Shown here one piece after another: positions 36,356-49,338 of a stretch of DNA of 64,000 nt. The position numbers and the translations under genes were made by a program. Position 1 is the stretch's first letter. The number at the start of each line of letters is the position of its first letter. Source of the stretch: Octopus bimaculoides (Eukaryota); the NCBI RefSeq assembly GCF_001194135.2, contig NC_068995.1, forward strand, positions 57,831,137-57,895,136. Reading direction: 5' to 3'. Under the pieces are notes generated by a model that saw only the letters and a list, made by a program, of their open reading frames with translations, made no database searches and had not been told where the DNA came from.

Positions 36356-36563
36356 CAGGGCTGGCAGAAATGTTAGTGTGCTGGGTGAAATGCTCAGCGG
36401 TATTTCGTCTGTCTTTGCGTTCTGAGTTCAAATTCTGCCAAGGTCGACTTTGCCTTTTATCTTTTCGGGGTCGATAAATTAAGTACTAGTTACCCACTGG
36501 GGTCGATGTAATCGACTTAATACCTTTGTCTGTCCTTGTTTGTCCCCTCTATGTTTAGCCCCT
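36356..36563 (+). mobile_element. SINE family A (alternative-tail subfamily, as 5206-5395)
   Basis: CTGGCAGAAATGTTAG..GAGTTCAAATTCTGCCAAGGTCGACTTTGCC..TTTGTCTGTCCTTGTTTGTCCCCTCTATGTTTAGCCCC. Confidence 0.85.
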
Positions 36564-36824
36564 AGCAAATTATCCAGCGAATATACTGCGCCGCTCTATC
36601 GTACCTGTTGAGATACTCAGAGGGTGCGAAGAAAAGGCTGCACATCGAACAATATGATCGGTGGTTTTAGTCTGTTGTTTACATACACGACATGTTGATC
36701 TACTGCCGTTCTTTGAGATGTTGACCTGTTATTATGAGGCCTGTCTTTGTATTGCCCCCCCCCCATCCATCGTCCTTGTAGAAAATAAATGAGATCATCA
36801 TCATTATTGTTGTTATTATTGTTT

Positions 36825-37430
36825 TACTTCTCAGAACCTTCGATCTTGTTTGTTCTGGTAGATTCTGTAAGAGCGGACAGCAGCCATCTGCTGTCAGAAG
36901 TCTCACAGGGTCTCTTTTTGCACATTATAAGCTCTGATACTTGGTTGTTAATTATTGTGGAAGACATTCAACATCCAAGTACCAATCTCAAAATCCTAGC
37001 TCTCTCCAACAGACCAGTTTTTGGGGCTTGCTCTGCTCTCATGCCAATTCCAATTTCTCTGACATATTTCTCGAACTTGGTCGTTCGTGCTCCGAGTGCC
37101 CCTACAACTACTGGAATAACAGACACTCTTCTCATAATCCACATACTAGCAATTTCGTCTTTTAGTAGTCTATACTTTTCAATCTTTTCTAGTTCATTGT
37201 CACTTATGCATGCATCCCCAAGTATTGCAATATCTATGATCTTAGTTTCCCTTTTCTCCTTAATCTACCACAACAATATCTAGTCTCTGAGTCTCGATTG
37301 GGGAGTCATACTGGATTCTAAAATCTCACAGTATCTTATGTTTCTTCCCTGTTCTCGGTGATTCCTTTTCATTCATATTCGTGTCATTTCTGTGCTCTGT
37401 CCAGGTCCTACTTTCCACATAGCCTCCTGT
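36825..37430 (-). pseudogene. R4/Dong-type LINE RLE domain plus 3' UTR
   Basis: KIL*DFRIQYDSPIETQRLDIVVV..KETKIIDIAILGDACISDNELEKIEKYRLLKDEIASMWIMRRVSVIPVVVGALG..RARILRLVLGC*. Confidence 0.85.
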
Positions 37431-37444
37431 TATTAATATTGTTA

Positions 37445-38200
37445 TTCAGTAGTCTTATTGTTATCTCGTGCTTTCACTGCATTACCGAGCGCAGCTCTGT
37501 GTGCCTTGGGTATGTGCTGTGATTTGTTGTGCTGCTTTTATTTTCACTGTATTCAAAATGCTTTACGTAAGATGTGTGCGGTGCCTAGTGGTGCTATTTT
37601 CTGTATGTTATATATACTTTTAAGTCTTGGTGTCTTTGTTAGGTATTTGTCTGAATGTTTTTATCTTTTATTTTCATCATACCTAATGCACCTACTATGA
37701 TAGGAATTGTTTCTGCTTTTAGACTCCACATTGAAGTTACCTCTATTTCCAGATCTTGGTTTTGAAAGTTTCTCCGTTTCTTCTAAAGAAACATTGTCAT
37801 CTGTTGGTATTGATACATCGATTAGAAGGCATCCGTTTTCTTGATGATCTCTGACAACTATATCCGGCCTATTGGCCTTAATTTCTCTATCTGTGTGTAT
37901 TGGTACATCTCATAGTATGGTTGTTTTCTCGTTTTCTGTGACCTTTTCTAGCGTGTGCCTATACCAACTTTATCCTGTTGTTATTCCATAGTGTTTACAC
38001 AGCTCCCAGTGTATAGAGATCCCAACTCTGTCGTGTCTGTGAATATATTCCCTCTTAGCAAGGACTGGGCAGCCAGAGACAATATGGTTTATTGTTTCAT
38101 GTCCATCTCCACATATTCTGCCGTTACTTGTTATGTTTATTCTCATTATATGTTTTTGGTAATTTCTGGTGGGAAGGCTTTGATCTTGTGCTGCGATTAA
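37445..38200 (-). pseudogene. R4/Dong-type LINE zinc-knuckle/RLE region plus 3' UTR (different subfamily)
   Basis: YIHRHDRVGISIHWELCKHYG..WYRHTLEKVTENEKTTIL*DVPIHTDREIKANRPDIVVRDHQENGCLLIDVSIPTDDNVSLEETEKLSK..IQKIAPLGTAHILRK. Confidence 0.9.
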
Positions 38201-38518
38201 AGATTTTCACGACGAATTTAAACTGACAACTCCATACGAATATTCATTCGTCTAGTGAGTGAGGACGTGCAAGATATGTGTGGGTTGCTTAGCGTTTCCC
38301 CCGCTCGGGAAATTCGTTACAATATTTTGTTGTTATATATTTTTATTGTTTGCATGGCTCTATGTAAACCTCTCATGTCTTTTGTATTGTCCTAAGTGAT
38401 TTAAGCGGATTTTGTGGTCAGTAAAGATGGCGAACTGGCAGCATTTTGCATGTCTTTACGTTGTTAGTTCAAATTAGGGTACCAGTTGCAGTCGAGTACT
38501 GATGTTGATGTAATGTTG

Positions 38519-38565
<47 letters not shown>

Positions 38566-39184
38566 CTCAACTAAACCCTCCTCGCCGCTGTTTTATAATT
38601 TATACTTGCAACGTGTCCCCACCCGTCATCCTCGAAGCAATAAAATAAATCCTTGTTGCTGTTGTTGATTATGTTGTTGTTGTTGTTATTATTATTTGAT
38701 GGCGGTGAATATAGTAAATTAACCTCACTGAAGTGAAGGAGGACATATATGGACAGTTGATTTATAGACTATGTTTAAATATAATAATAATAATAATAAT
38801 GATAATAAAAATGAAAATTATAATAATGAAAAAACGGAGAGAAAAATCAAGGATAAGTTTCAGTTCCACCGTTACTTACCGTTATTTTCTTTGATGTTAT
38901 AGACGTAGTTCGCTTTTTAATAGGTGTATATAATATAAATGGGAGGTCAGTGAATAAATAAAAAAAAACGAACCACAGACACGCATAGACGCAATCACAC
39001 GCTCACGCATACACCTATACACACACATTACACATATATGCATATATATGCGTATACGCATACATATATTATATATATGTATATATATATGTGTGTATAT
39101 GTACGCATAGATATAGACATGTTATAATGTTATGAGCTCTGACTACTTGTGAATAATCATAAAAACTCGTTCCATATTTGTAAC

Positions 39185-39223
<39 letters not shown>

Positions 39224-39287
39224 CGTGTGTGACTGTGCTCGCACGACTGTGTATACATATGTGCACACGTGTGTATGTATGTATGTA

Positions 39288-39323
<36 letters not shown>

Positions 39324-40508
39324 GATATATATATATACCTGTATGTCTACACACACAAACACACATATATATGTAAGGAATTGTGTATCCATATGTTTAG
39401 TACACTTATAGTTCGTCTTGTGAAATTCGACGCCGTCGTTTAACTGCAGGGCTTTCGGTAGTTTGGATTGGGTATCGAACTGACTACATTCGTCTTCCAT
39501 TAATGACTCATCATAGATCACTTAATTCTGCTTTACCATTTGTATTCCCACTCACACACACACACGCACGCACGCACGAACGCACACACACAAGACATAG
39601 TGAGCACAGCGAGTATAGTCGATAGAATGCCAAAAATACTAAAACCAGGAGTTGAGAAATTCCCATTTCTGTGTTCAATACTAGACGCAGCTAATAGCAC
39701 TTTACACAGAAGTAACGTTACGAAAGTTTATGTAAATTTCCATTTCTAGTTTCCAGTCTCCAAAAGAGAAGATCAATCACGATTCAGTAAATGACTACAG
39801 ATGTCGCTCTCAACCTGCTGTGTGTAGCGACCAAAGCTCTTTTAAATCCTACTTTATCGAATTAAATAGGGCCACATAGCATAGATAATGTTATCTTATG
39901 TAGCTCTTAAAACAGATGATGGTGTTCGATCATCGTTCTGCTGGATCAGGGTTGATGTAGAACTCAACAACAATTGAGACAACAATAACTCCGACCGTAA
40001 GCCAACGACGGAGCTTCGACGGAGTCTCTCGCTGCTATAAACAACCGTCAAATTTCATCCGTATCAAATCCTATTGCCCTAAAAGAAGAGGAAGAACACA
40101 TTGGATTTTGTAGTTCTAGGTACATTCGGCCAGAAAAGAAAATATGGGATGGCAGTGTCTGGAACAACTTCGATGATAAACCTGCCATACCTCGGCTAAA
40201 TTTGGGTCCAATGACAGCAACAATAGTGACTATTTCAAGTTTTAAGAGAAGGGGTATAGTTATATCGACCCCAGTATTTGGCTCGCTTTTATCTTATCAA
40301 TCATTTAAAGAATAAAGATCGAAGTTTAAATCGACTGGGTTTGAACTGAAAACCTACAGAACCAGAAGAAATACCATTATGAATTTTTTCCCGACGTATA
40401 AACGATTCTACCAATCCGCCAACTTAGAAATGGCAGAAATAGAAGTAAAAGTCGTTCCGTCTATCAGTTGGGAACAGACTGCTTCGTTTATAACGTGTTT
40501 CACAATAT

Positions 40509-40556
40509 TGTAAAGCTGGATTAACGAGTGTAAAGCTGGATTAACGAATGTAAAGC
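40509..40556 (+). repeat. 20-bp tandem duplication TGTAAAGCTGGATTAACGAR x2.4
   Basis: Direct repeat at 40509, 40529 and 40549. Confidence 0.95.
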
Positions 40557-41148
40557 GTTTACAGACATGTAAGGTCTGTCTGACATACTGACATGTGACA
40601 GGCACTCTACTGCACACATGTTATACATTGGTGTACGGCAACCATCTCCTACAAACAATTTTGAACGAATACATACATGTATATCAGATACAGCATAATG
40701 TAGGAAAAGAGACAGAGAGGAAAGTATCGATAGAGAGGAAACTGATCGAAAATAAAATGTGACGAGATATTCGTAAAAACTTAGTTGCAAGATGAATTGA
40801 TGGAAAACATTAAATAGAAGGAAGGATCTGCTCACAGAAACGTATTTGTTACATGTCGTAAAAAATGGCAGAAAAGCATGGAAATATGTAGAAACTTAAT
40901 GCCGACTAATTCTTAACCATCAAGTTTTAAATGATAGGAACAATTTTTTAATTGAAATATTTTCATTTTATTTTCAGTCTATGTATGCGTTTTAATACGT
41001 AAATGTATACATGGTGCTTTATAATGATGGGATACATTTTAAATGCATGTAACTAGGGACGGATCAAGCAGGAGCAAATACGCACAATTTTTTAAATTGC
41101 AAATACAAAATGTGCCATCATTATGAGACACCATGTATCTTATCTATA

Positions 41149-41180
<32 letters not shown>

Positions 41181-41975
41181 TGTGTGTGTGAGTGTGTGTG
41201 TGTGTGTGTGTGTTTCTAAGCACTCAGTAANNNNNNNNNNNNNNNNNNNNNNNNNNNNNNNNNNNNNNNNNNNNNNNNNNCGTGCGTGCGTGTGTGCGTG
41301 TGCGTGTGTGTGTGTTTTTTTTTTTTAATTCATACATTTACACAATTCCAGATTTCTTGGATGCCCCAGCAGCTGATGGCTATAGTGGCAGTGCCGGGTG
41401 GCCTGTTGACTTCAGGATCTATTGAAGATAGTCATACCTTAAATGAGATCGAATGCAAACATGTACTGCCCATCCTTAACATCTGCTGAATGAATGGCAA
41501 AATTAGTCCAACATCACCACACACACACCTCCATCCCTATATAACTACCATGCCTTCCTCTCTTTCCCTCACCTTCCCATCTACCCCCACCAAATACACA
41601 CAGAAATACCCACATAACTCACTCACCCTTCATTCTGGTCAAAAGGGATAAGCATCCCTCTGTTGTACATCCATTAATGTTATATCGACAGAAGAAATGA
41701 ATCCATGAAGACGATCAACCCACGGATACTACGGACTACACTGTAATCATCCAAGAAATACGGACTGTGATCTCAAGAAACATGTGATTTGTGGAAACGC
41801 GCGTAGCGATGCATTGAATACTTATAGATTCCATCCAAAGATTATAGTTATTATATTTATCCTACATTATATCGGTACAACTCGATGCAACCCCACAAAA
41901 AATGGTTCATTAGACTGTGGCCGGCAAAATGGAATAGGAGCTTCATTTGAATATTCAAAACATTTCACGTAAGTA

Positions 41976-42018
<43 letters not shown>

Positions 42019-42058
42019 GATAGATAGAGAGAGAGATTATGAGATATANNNNNNNNNN

Positions 42059-42107
<49 letters not shown>

Positions 42108-42905
42108 GAGGGAGAGATAGCAGCTGAAATGATAGACTAAGAAAGAGGGAGAGGAGGTGTAGAAGAGAACGGAAGCTAGTGAGCGAAGAGTTCTTCAGCC
42201 TGAAGACCCAGCAGACGATTCTCCACCAGTCATAATTGATTTCCTATTTTACAGATGAAGATGATGAGATGATGGCGAGTCAGAGTTCACGCCACCACGT
42301 AAAAGCAGCTCTTCTCTTGGGAAATTTCTTCACCCTCAAACAACTGATACCGGTTTTTGTTACAAAAATTCTTTACACGACCCTCACCGGTGAACTTTAT
42401 AGAATGACATTGTCCAACCAAATCTATCAACAGATAACAAATCTAGTAGAAAGCTTTTAGATAGACAATTTCTCCGGAAATGTAATTAGGAAACTTTTGG
42501 CAAAAGCGAAAATATTGTGTTTGTTTTAAATGTTTTGATTTTATGTTCTTCTGCTACACAGGAAGATTTCGTTAAATTTCTCGGTCTTGTCATCAGAGGA
42601 GAAATTATCTTTGTTTTTGCTGTTGAATTGGCGTGTATACTGCTTATAGTAAATACACACACACACACACACACACCTAAACACGCAAACACACAAATAC
42701 TCAAACACGGAAACACATATACAAATATATGTTATGTATACCTTTGTATGCATATGTAAACAATAGTTGCTGCCTGGCAGAATAGTTGCAGCTATTATTA
42801 ACACAAACACTGTTAAAATCATTCAATTAATTAATTTTTTTTCTAATCATTACAAAACAAGTAGCAACACCAATGACAGCAGACGACGACGATGACGATG
42901 ACAAC

Positions 42906-43347
42906 CCTTTCTACTCTGGGCACAAGGCCTGAAATTTGGGGGAGAGGAGACTAGTCGATTAGATCGACCCCTGTGTTTCACTGGTACTTAATTTATCGAC
43001 CCCGAAAGGATGAAAGAAAGTCGACCTCGGCGGAATTTGAACTCAGAACGTAGCGGCAGACGAAACACCGCTCAGCATTTCACCCGGCGTCCTAACCATT
43101 CTGCCAACTCGCCGCCTTTGTAATAATAATAATGATAATAATAATAATTCTTTCTACTATAGGCACAAGGTCTGAAATTTTGCAAGAGGGAACTAATCGA
43201 TTACATCAACTCCACTACGCAACTGGTACTTAATTTATCGACCCCGACAGGATGAAAAGGAGGAATTTGAACTCAGAGTAAAAAGACGGACAAAATGCCG
43301 CTAAATATCATGCTCGGCGTTCAGACGATTCTGCCAGCTCGCTGCCT
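42906..43347 (-). mobile_element. Two tandem SINE family A copies (42906-43117, 43148-43347) separated by (TAA)n
   Basis: Two reverse-complement family A units. Confidence 0.9.
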
Positions 43348-43974
43348 TAATAACAACGACAATAAGAAATGGTTTCAGATTTTACTTGGTCAGGTGTCGA
43401 AGTGATTGCAGAGCAGCGCGAGATGAAGTGCTTTATTCAAGAGCACAACGCACCACTCGGTCTTGGCATTGAAACACCAACGAAATGGCGCAGTATTGTT
43501 TGCCCCTCGCTATGTACTCGGCGTCATCTCTGATGCACCTNNNNNNNNNNNNNNNNNNNNNNNNNNNNNNNNNNNNNNNNNNNNNNNNNNNNNNNNNNNN
43601 NNNNNNNNNNNNNNNNNNNNNNNNNNNNNNNNNNNNNNNNNNNNNNNNNNNNNNNNNNNNNNNNNNNNNNNNNNNNNNNNNNNNNNNNNNNNNNNNNNNN
43701 NNNNNNNNNNNNNNNNNNNNNNNNNNNNNNNNNNNNNNNNNNNNNNNNNNNNNNNNNNNNNNNNNNNNNNNNNNNNNNNNNNNNNNNNNNNNNNNNNNNN
43801 NNNNNGGATTCTGTTGCAGTTGTGACTTTTGGTATTGTTTGAAAGCCAAAGGTAAATGTCAACATAACCTGAAGAAACCATGGTGGAAAAAAAAAAGAAA
43901 AAAAGAAAAGAACAACGCAGGCTATTAACGAGATCAGAAAACCTATTTTCTGGAACGGAAAAGCCTGTGCTTAT

Positions 43975-44230
43975 TAATATTTGGTCTTTCATGATCCCCG
44001 AATACTGGCGAGAGCAGGGATTGACTCGGTTTCCCTGGTATAGAAATGAATGAGACGACGACACAGCTCCCCCCCCCCTGAACGAGACGCAGGCCCGTCG
44101 CAGGGTTAATTTCCCAACTATTGTCAAAATTCAACTGTAGCTGAGTGAACTGGAGCAGTGGGAAATGGAATGTTCTGCTCAAGAAGAGAACGCGCTTCAC
44201 AGGTCAGGAACCAAAACCATGACCGTACTC
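43975..44230 (-). mobile_element. tRNA-derived SINE with V/Meta-like central domain
   Basis: Reverse complement TAACCCTGCGACGGGCCTGCGTCTCGTTCAGGGGGG (44073-44108), preceded by TTGAGCAGAAC..CTGCTCCAGTTCACTCAGCT. Confidence 0.55.
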
Positions 44231-45787
44231 TGTACTCTACTGCTGTACTCTACTGCTGTACTCATTAAATTCATCTTTTAAGAAATTTCTGGCCTTTCTG
44301 TTCCAATGTAATTCATTGTTTTTGTTGTTATTGTTTCCTCTACTGATGTTGGTTTTGCTGTTGTTGTTGTTATTGGTGGTGGTGGTGGTGGTGGAGATGG
44401 TGTTGGCGGTGTTTGTAGGAATGGCGTTGATAGTCGTCGAAATGTGGAAGAGGAGGAGGTGGAGGGGTTGGGACGTAATTCATCTTGGGAGAAGGAATGG
44501 AAAGGATGGAGAGAAATGAGAAGAGATGGAGGGAGAGGAAGAGGTGAAATAGGAGAGAGAAGGAGAAAGAGAGGAAGCGAAAGAACGAGAGAGACAAAGA
44601 GAAGAGGGAAAGAGAAAGAAACGAAGGAAGAGAGACATGGAAGAAGAAAATGAGCGATGGAGAGAAAGAGAGAGAGAAAAGGAAAAGAGAAAGTGAAATG
44701 GGGAGGGAGAGAAAGAGTAGGAGAAGACAAAGAAACGAAGGAGGAGAGACAGGGACAGAGGGAGGGAGGGAGGGAGGGAGAGAGAGAGAAACTGAGGCTA
44801 AGAGAAAGAGTGAGTTAGGAGAATGAGAGAGAAAGAGATGAATGAAAGNNNNNNNNNNNNNNNNNNNNNNNNNNNNNNNNNNNNNNNNNNNNNNNNNNNN
44901 NNNNNNNNNNNNNNNNNNNNNNNNNNNNNNNNNNNNNNNNNNNNNNNNNNNNNNNNNNNNNNNNNNNNNNNNNNNNNNNNNNNNNNNNNNNNNNNNNNNN
45001 NNNNNNNNNNNNNNNNNNNNNNNNNNNNNNNNNNNNNNNNNNNNNNNNNGAGAGAGAGAGAGAGAGAGAGGGGGAGAGAGAGGAAGAAAGAATTAACGCA
45101 ACATTTCCTTCTATCTATTTTTCTTTCTTGTTTTTTTTTTCTGCTTCCGCCGCCGCCGCCGACTAATAAACTGTTTCTTTCTGATTATTTCACTTTAAGG
45201 GGTCAAGGTCAATGTTAAGGGTCTACTGTGAAGAAGACGGTTAAAAATGGGAGCCAGCAGGTGATTTTTAATGGGTTCTTTCTTTGTGTGTTGGGTCCTT
45301 CAGCTCTGTGACTGTCTGTCTCTATACGTGATGGATACGTGTGTTTATGTACATATATGTGTATGCATGTGTGTGTATATATATGTATGTGTGTATATAT
45401 GTATGCTTGTATGTATATGTGTATGTATGTGTGTGTGTATGAATGTGCTTGCATACACACACACACATTCTTGTGTGAGTGTGTGTGTAGTTGTGTACTT
45501 GTCTGTTATGTTGCTTGTGTGTTTAGCCCATGGACTGAGAGTAAGCCGGATGGTAAGAGTGGTGGTGTAAGTGGGTAGCGGTGGTAGTGGCGAAAGGTGT
45601 TTATGTAACCTTGGAGAAAGGGACATGCTGCCAGCACTCAGGGACAATAGTTTTGGCGTTATGAACAAAGATAGTGGGGACGGTTGGGGTGGCGGCGCCA
45701 ATGGTGCCGTTGCTGTCAGCTTTTTTTCTTTTTTGTGCCAGTCGTCGTAATCTTTGGTTGTGTTGTATTTTGTTGATGGTGTTTGTG

Positions 45788-46080
45788 TTTAGAGTACAGT
45801 TGTTGCTAATGGTCTTGCGGGTGTTTAAAGTACGGTTGTTGTTGTTCGTTATTGTCGGTAGTGATCTTTAGATTATAGTTGCTGTTGTTGTTGTTTGCGG
45901 TGGAGCTTAAAGTTCGGTTGTTGCTGGTGTTGCTTAGAGTACAATTGTAGTTGACGAGGGTGTTTGGAGTACAGTAGTTGGTGATGTTTAGTTATTATTG
46001 CTATTGGTGGTGTTGGTGTTTAGAGTACATTTAGAGTACAGTTGTTGTTGTTGTTGCTACTGCTTGAAGCATAGCTGTTG
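45788..46080 (+). repeat. Cryptic minisatellite: about 10 copies of YTTAGAGTACA separated by GTT-rich tracts
   Basis: Anchors at 45788, 45824, 45867, 45906, 45933, 45963, 45987, 46019, 46030 and 46063. Confidence 0.7.
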
Positions 46081-46504
46081 GTGTTGTTGCTAGTGCAGGT
46101 GATACAGTTAACTTTGTTGTTGCTGTTGTTTAACCCTGAGTCGGCCCTGATCTCGTAGACGGTTCAAAGACTTGAACATCTTTTGTGAACCAGGAACTGC
46201 TCTGTCCTATGCGTACTTCTTGTTTTAAGACAATAAGTTGTAATTCGAAAGAGATTTGGCTTCTCTTTCTAACAGAGAGAGAGAGCAACAACACGAGCAG
46301 GTTCATTACATATTGATGTTGTTGTTATTGTTATGTTGCCGCAGGTCAGTAACGATCGAACAGACTTATCTTCAAAACTGTCCCAGCCAAATCCATCCAC
46401 AGATTGCCTACATGTAAAGAACCCAAAAGCAAATTATCCAACGAACCGTGTTTTTGAGATGGTAAGGTGAAAGTGTTGTTTTTGTTGGTGGTGTTTAGAG
46501 CATA

Positions 46505-46745
46505 TGGCATGTTCATGTCACAATAAGCACCGGCCTAGCGAAGACAATCCTGCCGGGTAGAGTGGAAAGTAGAGGAAAGGCAGGCCAAAAAAAAGATGCG
46601 TTTCTAACATCAAAAAGTTGACAAACTTCAATTTCGCCGACTCACAGAGGGTGGCAGAAGACCAAAAGATGTGATCAAATCTAGTTGTGACGTCATCTGC
46701 GAATGCCCCAACGACCACGTGGTCAGCAGAATCGGATAGGATAAG
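46505..46745 (+). pseudogene. RTE-clade (BovB-like) LINE RT C-terminal fragment
   Basis: GLAKTILPGRVESRGK/GRPKKRCVSNIKKLTNFNFADSQRVAEDQKM*SNLVVTSSA matches the RTE pattern KTILQGxVEGxRxRGRPKxRWxDNIKEW..AEDR. Confidence 0.8.
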
Positions 46746-47099
46746 AAGGTGAGATTTGGCCGCTATTTCTAACAGGTCGAGAGACCATGTAGAAGCTCAC
46801 TCGTTAGTCTTGGCATCTTAATGGAGTTGGTAGTTGTGGCAATGATGATGATGTTGCTGTCGGTCGTACTTTTCCTGTTGTTGTCTCACCCTGGTCAGTC
46901 CGAATGAGTGAATCCATCATCGAATGCCTTCCAGTCGACCGTCTCCTCAGTTATTTCTGTACAATACACCACCCAGATCTTACTACATCATTCAATGTAA
47001 CCCTCTTCTCTGAAGCGGTAGATTGTTTCACACTTGATTGCTGTTTCTAGCAGTTAAGACAGCCCGTAGATGATGTTCAGTCGTTAGCACATGTTAATT

Positions 47100-47600
47100 A
47101 GACACATGTTAATTAGACACAGCTGTGAGATTTCTTATTTGATGAAATCTCACAGCTTCCTTTTCCTGGGTACGATGGAAAATGTCAGCTGTCCACAAGC
47201 TTGCAGACTAAGGTGATATTTGTTTACTGGTCATGGTTCAAGAGCCCTGCAAATAATTCTTGCAATTCCAAGCAATGTTGTTTTTTGTAGGTGTTCTACC
47301 TTCACACTTGCGCCAATCTTTTTTAGCCATGTTGGTAGTTGAGTGCTGATACTTCCAAGTGTTCCTACTGCTACTGGTATCACGTCTACTCTCCTCATTG
47401 ACCACAACTTTCGACATGCTATGTCGATTTTCATACAAGTTCCTTCTTTTTTATTCACTACAACAATGTCCGGTTTCCAATGTCCGGTCAGGTGATCGCA
47501 CTGAATTATTGCATCCCAAAGGATTTTGCAATCATCATTCTCGGTGACTCCTGGGGTTTTCTCATACCACATCTTTGTTCTTTGTAGGCCGTAATTTCCA
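47100..47600 (-). pseudogene. R4/Dong-type LINE RLE domain plus 3' UTR
   Basis: WYEKTPGVTENDDCKILWDAIIQCDHLTGHWKPDIVVVNKKEGTCMKIDIAC[deletion]RKLWSMRRVDVIPVAVGTLG..LLGIARII; the 5' junction is at (ATT)n. Confidence 0.9.
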
Positions 47601-47647
<47 letters not shown>

Positions 47648-47676
47648 CATTATTATTATTATTATTATTATTATTA

Positions 47677-47888
47677 AGGTGGCGAGCTGGCAGACTCGTC
47701 AGCATGCCGGGTAAACTGCTTCCTGCTATTTCGTCTGTCTTTACGTTCTGAATTCAAATTCCGCCGAGGTCGACTTTGTCTTTCATCCTTTCGGGTACGA
47801 TAAATTAAGTACCAGTTGAAAACTGAGTGGAAGTGATCGACTCATCCCCTCCCCCAAAATGGCTGCCCATGTGGCAAAATTTGAAACC
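47677..47888 (+). mobile_element. SINE family A inserted within (ATT)n
   Basis: Full copy with ATT repeats on both sides. Confidence 0.9.
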
Positions 47889-47931
47889 ATTATTATTATT
47901 ATCATTATTATTATTATTATTATTATTATTG

Positions 47932-48075
47932 TTCAGTAGTTTTATTTTTATAACGTGCTTTCACTTCATTACCGAGCGCAGCTCTGTGCGCCTTGGGTAT
48001 GTGCTGTGGTTTGCTGTGATGTTCTTATGGTTACTTGTATTGAAAGTGTTTTGCGTAGGATGTGTGCAGTGTAAA
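47932..48075 (-). mobile_element. R4/Dong-type 3' end, same subfamily as 37445-37600
   Basis: TTCAGTAGT..GTGCTTTCACT.CATTACCGAGCGCAGCTCTGTG.GCCTTGGGTATGTGCTGTG is shared with 37445-37520. Confidence 0.8.
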
Positions 48076-48294
48076 AGCAATAAGTGGTGGTATTGATGTT
48101 AATATTAATGATGATACTGGTGGTGATGGTGATTGTGGTGGCGGCGTCGACGGCGGGGCTAAATGCGGTTGTCATGGTATTCCGCTGATATTCGTGTTGG
48201 GGCTGTTGGCTCTTGGTATTCCTACAAATATTGGTGCTCGTTGCAAGGGGCGCCGCATTAGTGTACGTGTGTACCCTATACATGTATACGTGTA

Positions 48295-48351
<57 letters not shown>

Positions 48352-49322
48352 NNNNNNNNNNNNNNNNNNNNNNNNNNNNNNNNNNNNNNNNNNNNNNNNN
48401 NNNNNNNNNNNNNNNNNNNNNNNNNNNNNNNNNNNNNNNNNNNNNNNNNNNNNNNNNNNNNNNNNNNNNNNNNNNNNNNNNNNNNNNNNNNNNNNNNNNN
48501 NNNNNNNNNNNNNNNNNNNNNNNNNNNNNNNNNNNNNNNNNNNNNNNNNNNNNNNNNNNNNNNNNNNNNNNNNNNNNNNNNNNNNNNNNNNNNNNNNNNN
48601 NNNNNNNNNNNNNNNNNNNNNNNNNNNNNAATAAAGCTAGTGATAGGGGGGGGGGCAAAGAAATGCTGCAGTTTCGAGAATGGCGACGATAGTTGAGGAG
48701 GTGAGATGGTGGTGGTGGTGGTAGAAACGATGTTATTCGTTTAGTTTGATGCAGAGATGGTACGGGACGAAGAGTTCTATCACTAGACGATTTAATGTGT
48801 GTGCGTGTGAGCGTGTTTAATATCTGGTGTCGTTGGGTGCGGCGGTGTTTTGGTGGTGGTGGTGGTGGTGTGTGCTAAATTTGGCCGTATATAAAGAGGC
48901 TAGAAAACGTTTTAATTGAAGCGACAGCTGTCTTAGTTGCCACACGTCGCCGTATTTCGTGTGGCTTCTACTCGGGCCATATTGTTGATGTCACACGACA
49001 AGACAATGCTTATTATGGGTTTTTCTGTGATGAAATCGTGATTTCGTAGTAAACCAGCGACGAGACCAAATAAACGAGAAGGAGGAGGAGGAGGAAGAGA
49101 AGGAGGAAGAGAAGAAGAAAGAGGAGGAGGACGGGTGGTGTACGGAGAGAAAGGAGGATGAAATGCATATAATATTGAAGCAATTCTTTTTTTTTAGTCT
49201 TTTTATTTCTTCGACGATTATCAAACAAGCCCGCCTCTCCCACCCCCCTACCCGCCTCACTAATTCCCGCCAACGATTACTACGAAACTGTGTTGCGTTC
49301 TTGTTTTACGCCCGACGTAAGC

Positions 49323-49338
49323 TGACCCGTTCTGACCT
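49323..49338 (-). promoter_or_regulatory. Nuclear-receptor DR4 element AGGTCA-GAAC-GGGTCA
   Basis: TGACCCGTTCTGACCT on the + strand within a CpG-rich unique island. Motif match only. Confidence 0.35.

Noticed and set aside
38874-38915. Possible 33-nt minus-strand exon with donor GTAAGT (NYVYNIKENN)
   Set aside because: It is too short, with no supporting acceptor or partner exons; the cadherin-like look is probably coincidental.
45788-46080. CRISPR-like array (GTTTAGAG-like repeats with spacers)
   Set aside because: The repeats are only about 11 bp and degenerate, the spacers are low-complexity GTT of irregular length, there are no cas genes, and the context is eukaryotic.
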